DNA from: an uncultured virus (IMG/VR IMGVR_UViG_3300009428_000005)
Taxonomy: Duplodnaviria > Heunggongvirae > Uroviricota > Caudoviricetes
IMG/VR virus record: IMGVR_UViG_3300009428_000005
Strand: one strand, 5' to 3'
DNA: 20,000 nt
The notes under the pieces are model-generated. The model was not told the DNA's origin, made no database searches, and worked only from the letters and a program-made list of their open reading frames with translations. Below, piece by piece: positions 15,900-20,000 of the stretch. Every line of letters starts with the position of its first letter. Positions within the stretch are counted from its first letter, which is position 1. Both the position numbers and the translations under genes were made by a program.

Positions 15900-17314
15900 T
15901 GAAACATAAGTTAGGAGTTTGTGTACCATACAGAAATAGAGAGCTACACCTTAATGAGTTTGTACCTAAAGTAGGAAAGTACTTAAAAGAACAGGGAATA
16001 GAGTTTCAGATGTACTTCTGTCATCAGGTAGATGATAAACTTTTTAATAGAGGAGCTACTAAGAATATAGCTGCTAAGCATGCTATAGAAGACGGGTGTG
16101 ATTATGTAGTTTTCCACGATATAGATATGATACCAGAAGAAGGAGCTGATTATTCTTACCCTACAGAAGGACCTAGACATATAGCTACTAAGATATCTCA
16201 AATGGGATATAAATTAAAGTACCATGAATATTTTGGAGGAGCAGTAATTTTTACAAAAGAACATTTAGAAGCTACTAACGGATATTCTAACGGATATTGG
16301 GACTGGGGTATGGAAGATGATGATTTGTTTTGGAGATGTCATCTAGAAGGTCTTACTAATGATACCTGGTTAGATGCAGACTTAAAGGGTAACTCATATC
16401 TTTCATTCACAGGAGAAAATAGTTACGCAAAAATACCTTATAAAAGAGAGCATAAAGGACTAACCTCTAAAGCTCATACAATTTCTGTACTTGTTAGAAG
16501 TTTTCAACAACCTGTTAAAAATAAAGTTTTTCTCATAGGAGATAGTAAAGCTAACTATATAGAATACCCTATATTTAGACTGCCGGGGTATGACTATGGT
16601 ATTTCGTTTAATAACTCTAAAGCTGTAACTTTAACATATTGGAATTCTTTTAATAAACATAATTACATGTGGGTAAAAAGGTACGATAAACATTGGAGTT
16701 GGGTTACTGCAGTTATAGACGATGAAACTCGTATGTCTCATTTTTACTTAAACGGTAGTGAAATCGATGCAAGAGCAGGACAGGGAAGTCATTCTCCTTT
16801 TAAATACGACGGTAAACTTAAAAGCTACGGATCAAATAATTTCTATTTAGGTACATCTCCTTCTCAACCTGAGGATAGTACGTACAAGTACTTTAAAGGA
16901 GATATAGCAAAAGTATTTGCCTGGAACCGAGCACTAACCCCAGAAGAGGTACAAAACATACATAAAATAAAACCTGAAAATAATTTAATATTAGATTATG
17001 ATTTCTCTGAAGGACTAAAAGACGTAGAAGTAGTTAATGCTGAATTAAAAAAAGAGGATATAAAAGTACCTAACTCTATACTACCTTATAGAAAAGATGG
17101 TAAAATGAGATGTTTACCTCATGATGATGAAGGTATAGTGGACGGTAAATTTAAAAAAGGAGATACATCAGCAGCTAATGAACGTAGGTATGTACTTGAA
17201 ATGCAGCAAGGTAAAATAAATTATAAGGGCGACGGTATTAAACAGCTAAAATATGAATTCATAAACGAAGAAAAATTAACACCTTGGGCTAAGATGTTAA
17301 ACATTAAATTTTAA
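15899..17314 (+). CDS. GT7 (beta4GalT7-like) glycosyltransferase with internal LamG/ConA-like domain (paralogue 2)
   Basis: TAATG coupling. VPYRNR, HQVD..FNRG, VFHDIDMIP, GPRHIA, YFGG, NGYSNGYWDWGMEDDD. LamG-like 'YLSFTGENSYAKI...WSWVTAV...FYLNG...FYLG...FKGDIAKVFAWNRALTPEEV'. Tail 'GKMRCLPH...DGIKQLKY'. Confidence 0.88.
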   Translation: MKHKLGVCVPYRNRELHLNEFVPKVGKYLKEQGIEFQMYFCHQVDDKLFNRGATKNIAAKHAIEDGCDYVVFHDIDMIPEEGADYSYPTEGPRHIATKISQMGYKLKYHEYFGGAVIFTKEHLEATNGYSNGYWDWGMEDDDLFWRCHLEGLTNDTWLDADLKGNSYLSFTGENSYAKIPYKREHKGLTSKAHTISVLVRSFQQPVKNKVFLIGDSKANYIEYPIFRLPGYDYGISFNNSKAVTLTYWNSFNKHNYMWVKRYDKHWSWVTAVIDDETRMSHFYLNGSEIDARAGQGSHSPFKYDGKLKSYGSNNFYLGTSPSQPEDSTYKYFKGDIAKVFAWNRALTPEEVQNIHKIKPENNLILDYDFSEGLKDVEVVNAELKKEDIKVPNSILPYRKDGKMRCLPHDDEGIVDGKFKKGDTSAANERRYVLEMQQGKINYKGDGIKQLKYEFINEEKLTPWAKMLNIKF

Positions 17315-17330
17315 GAGGATATTTATTAAT

Positions 17331-18647
17331 ATGAAGAAAAGTTATTTTGGTTCTGAAACGTTTTGTGCAATGCCTTTCGTAAACCTAACAACCGCCGCTG
17401 ATGGAGCTTATAGGTTCTGCTGTATACAGAGAGGCACTATTAAAGATAAGGATGATAAACAGGTTTTTTTAGATAAAAAATCACCAAAACAAGTATGGAA
17501 TGAACAAACTTTTAGAGATGTTCGAGAGAAGTTAATTAACGGCGAAGAACACGAAGGATGTTCTCATTGCTACTACCAGGAAAAAGTAGGAGAAAGATCA
17601 TTTAGACAGAATATGACTGATGAATGGCTTGGCAAACTAGGAAGACCTCAGATGAGGAAATTAGTGCAGCAAGCTATAGAGAACAACTATAACTTATTTG
17701 ATAATCCAGTTTACTTAGATTTGAAATTAGGTACTCTATGTAATCTTAAATGTAGAATGTGTAACCCTTATAATTCTTCGCAGATAGAAAAAGAACAGTA
17801 TGAACTCTGGGATAAGGATGAAGACTATCAAGAAGCTATTAAATTTGACTACAATAATAAAGCACCGGAAATAGCAAAAAGATCAGAATGGTTTGAAGCA
17901 GATTTATTTTGGTCAGATATTATTTCTTATATTCCTGATTTAAAAAAGGTTTACTTTACAGGTGGAGAACCAACTATGATAAAAGGTAATACTGAATTTT
18001 TAAAGTATGCTTTGGATCGTGATAGAAAAGATATTCACTTATTTTTTAATACTAACTGTACTAATTTGAATAAAAAGTTCTTGAGTTATATATCTCAATT
18101 TGATAAAGTAGATATAAACGGTAGCTTAGACGGCCACGGAGCAATGAATGACTACATTAGATACCCTGCTAAATGGTCAGCAGTATCAGCTGTATTTGAA
18201 AAATATGCTAAACTACCTAATGTAAATTTAGGTGCTACACCTGTACTACAGACATATAATATTTTTAATATTGGAGAGGTAGTTAAATATGTTGAAGAAG
18301 TTAAATATAACTACCATAGAGAAGTATTTATTGATGTACTTTTAAATACTCACCCTACTATTCTAGATGTACAAATACTTCCTTATGAAATAAGAAAGCA
18401 AGCTAGAGATAAGTTATGGAATATATGGGACAAAATAGATCAAACTCACATGCACGGGTCTACTAAAGCAGGTATACAGACAGCACTAAATATTCTCGGA
18501 AAGCAAGGAGATCATAATAAAGAAAAAATTAATATGTTTTTAAAATATACTAAGTCACTAGATAACCACAGGAAACAGAAATTTTCGGATGCATGTCCTG
18601 AATTGTCATCATACTTAGAAAAAAATTACGTAAAAAGCGTCCTGTAA
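17331..18647 (+). CDS. Radical SAM protein with N-terminal SPASM/twitch-like Cys cluster (paralogue 1)
   Basis: CNLKCRMC (CxxxCxxC), 'YFTGGEP', 'NTN', 'SLDG...YIRYP'. N-terminal 'FCAMPF...FCC...CSHCYYQE'. Confidence 0.92.
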   Translation: MKKSYFGSETFCAMPFVNLTTAADGAYRFCCIQRGTIKDKDDKQVFLDKKSPKQVWNEQTFRDVREKLINGEEHEGCSHCYYQEKVGERSFRQNMTDEWLGKLGRPQMRKLVQQAIENNYNLFDNPVYLDLKLGTLCNLKCRMCNPYNSSQIEKEQYELWDKDEDYQEAIKFDYNNKAPEIAKRSEWFEADLFWSDIISYIPDLKKVYFTGGEPTMIKGNTEFLKYALDRDRKDIHLFFNTNCTNLNKKFLSYISQFDKVDINGSLDGHGAMNDYIRYPAKWSAVSAVFEKYAKLPNVNLGATPVLQTYNIFNIGEVVKYVEEVKYNYHREVFIDVLLNTHPTILDVQILPYEIRKQARDKLWNIWDKIDQTHMHGSTKAGIQTALNILGKQGDHNKEKINMFLKYTKSLDNHRKQKFSDACPELSSYLEKNYVKSVL

Positions 18648-19954
18648 TGAAAAACCAAACATTTTGTATACTCCCCTGGGTTCATTTAGCTACCTATACC
18701 GATGGTACTGGTCTGCTATGCTGTATTGCTAAACCCGGTGGAGAGAAAACAAACCTTAATACACAGACAGTAGATGAAGTTAGAAACTCAGACTACTTTA
18801 AAGACGCACGATTAGCTCTACAGGAAGGAAAGCAATTCCACGCATGTACTGCATGCTATAAAGAAGAAGCAGCAGGACTTAGAAGTCATAGATTACATGA
18901 AAATAGGTTTTGGCGAGACACACTTGGCCAGGAGCACATAGATTCTTTAATAGAGGATACAAAAGAAGACGGCAGTATAGATAACGATGTATATACAGTT
19001 GATTTTAGATTAGGAAATACATGTAACCTAGCGTGTGTAATGTGTAGACCTCAAGATAGTAGTAAATGGTATAAAGAAGCACAAATATTATCGGGTACAC
19101 TTAAAACCGGAGCTAAATACGAATGGCAATCGAAAGAAAAAGTAGATAGAGATTCTTTTGAATGGTATAAAAATCCAAAGTTTTTAGAAAGTTTCTACGA
19201 AGCAAGTGGGGAAATGAGACAGATGATTTTTGCTGGAGGTGAACCCCTACTTATAAAAGAACATAAAGCTATTATAAAAGAGTTAGTAAAGAGAGGAACA
19301 GCTAAAAATATTAAAGTAAATTACCATACTAACGGAACTATTTACGATACTGAATTATTAGAGCTATGGAAACATTTTAAAAGGGTAGACTTATTTCTAT
19401 CTTTTGACGGTATTGATAGAATTAACAAATATGTTAGGTACCCATCATTACATGATACCGTAGTGGGCAACTTAAAGAAGTATAATGATAATGCACCACC
19501 TAATATACACTTTAAAGTATTATACACAGTCCAAGCTTTAAATATATACTATATACCAGAGTTTGTTAAGTGGCTTTTAGATATGGATTTACCGAGGATC
19601 GCAGATTACAAAAGTAAAGATAATATAGCTGATATTATACATACAGGTATACTACATTACCCTCAATACTTATCTCCAAAAATATTTCCTCCTAGAGTTA
19701 AAAGACAAATTACTAGGAAATTAGAAAATTTTATCTTAGATTATGGAGATAGGATTAATTTAGATAGTATAAAAGGACTTTGTGCTTTAATGAATGAGGA
19801 AGACCATTCTCACTTATTAAATCAATTTAATGACTACTTGGAAAATATAGATAAATTAAGAAATTTAAATAGAAAAGAAGCATTTAAAGAATTAGATGAT
19901 ATGGGAATATTTAAAGATGCAAGAAGAGAAGTTGATCACGGCCCACAGTCTTAA
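18647..19954 (+). CDS. Radical SAM protein with N-terminal SPASM/twitch-like Cys cluster (paralogue 2)
   Basis: TAATG coupling. CNLACVMC, 'FAGGEP', 'HTNG', 'SFDG...YVRYP'. N-terminal 'FCILPW...LCC...CTACYKEE'. Confidence 0.92.
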   Translation: MKNQTFCILPWVHLATYTDGTGLLCCIAKPGGEKTNLNTQTVDEVRNSDYFKDARLALQEGKQFHACTACYKEEAAGLRSHRLHENRFWRDTLGQEHIDSLIEDTKEDGSIDNDVYTVDFRLGNTCNLACVMCRPQDSSKWYKEAQILSGTLKTGAKYEWQSKEKVDRDSFEWYKNPKFLESFYEASGEMRQMIFAGGEPLLIKEHKAIIKELVKRGTAKNIKVNYHTNGTIYDTELLELWKHFKRVDLFLSFDGIDRINKYVRYPSLHDTVVGNLKKYNDNAPPNIHFKVLYTVQALNIYYIPEFVKWLLDMDLPRIADYKSKDNIADIIHTGILHYPQYLSPKIFPPRVKRQITRKLENFILDYGDRINLDSIKGLCALMNEEDHSHLLNQFNDYLENIDKLRNLNRKEAFKELDDMGIFKDARREVDHGPQS

Positions 19955-19964
19955 TATATAATAT

Positions 19965-20000
19965 ATGAAAAGCACAGAATCAGCATTACAGCCCCTTAAG
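19965..20000 (+). CDS. Possible start of next gene (MKSTESALQPLK..., truncated)
   Basis: ATG 10 nt after the previous stop, open to the window end; only 12 codons visible. Confidence 0.35.
   Translation, partial: MKSTESALQPLK

Noticed and set aside
14970..17060. Insertions in the GT7 genes as inteins
   Set aside because: No C/S...HN splice junction or LAGLIDADG motifs; the sequence has LamG-like motifs instead.
2240..19527. Short minus-strand ORFs (2240, 10193, 10309, 10846, 14248, 15983, 19342)
   Set aside because: They lie antisense to well-supported + strand genes and have low-complexity hydrophobic translations typical of spurious frames.
1..20000. Alternative genetic code (stop recoding) as seen in some large phages
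   Set aside because: Genes are full-length and tightly packed under code 11; TAA, TAG (10216-10218) and TGA all act as stops.

Overview
AT-rich, gene-dense window with every credible gene on the + strand, most consistent with a large tailed phage (Caudoviricetes). A Bacteroidota-type host is inferred from the A-rich, mostly Shine-Dalgarno-less start regions. The first half (1-10670) is a virion fibre/adhesin module. It holds the 3' end of a large protein with ~210-aa cadherin/Ig-like repeats, several Ser/Thr/Gly/Ala-rich fibre paralogues built from shuffled modules (three share an N-terminal 'WKKxIxSGS' motif), a tail fibre with a peptidase S74 chaperone domain, and small accessory genes. The second half (10733-20000) is a tightly coupled enzyme operon. 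It holds two DUF6734-like/GT-A-like paralogues, a GT32-like and a GT2-like glycosyltransferase, two GT7 (beta4GalT7-like) glycosyltransferases that each carry a LamG/ConA-like domain inserted inside the catalytic fold, and two radical SAM proteins with an N-terminal SPASM/twitch-like Cys cluster. Non-coding highlights are a repeated ATATTTATAT(T/G)AAAG promoter-like motif, two sigma70-like promoters sharing TTGT-N14-TTTCGTA, a UUCG terminator, and a compact candidate three-way-junction RNA in the leader of one fibre gene. The best candidate for an undescribed system is a phage-encoded glycan-building pathway, possibly decorating the adjacent Ser-Gly-rich fibres. That link is inference. All family calls come from motif recognition by eye, not database searches.
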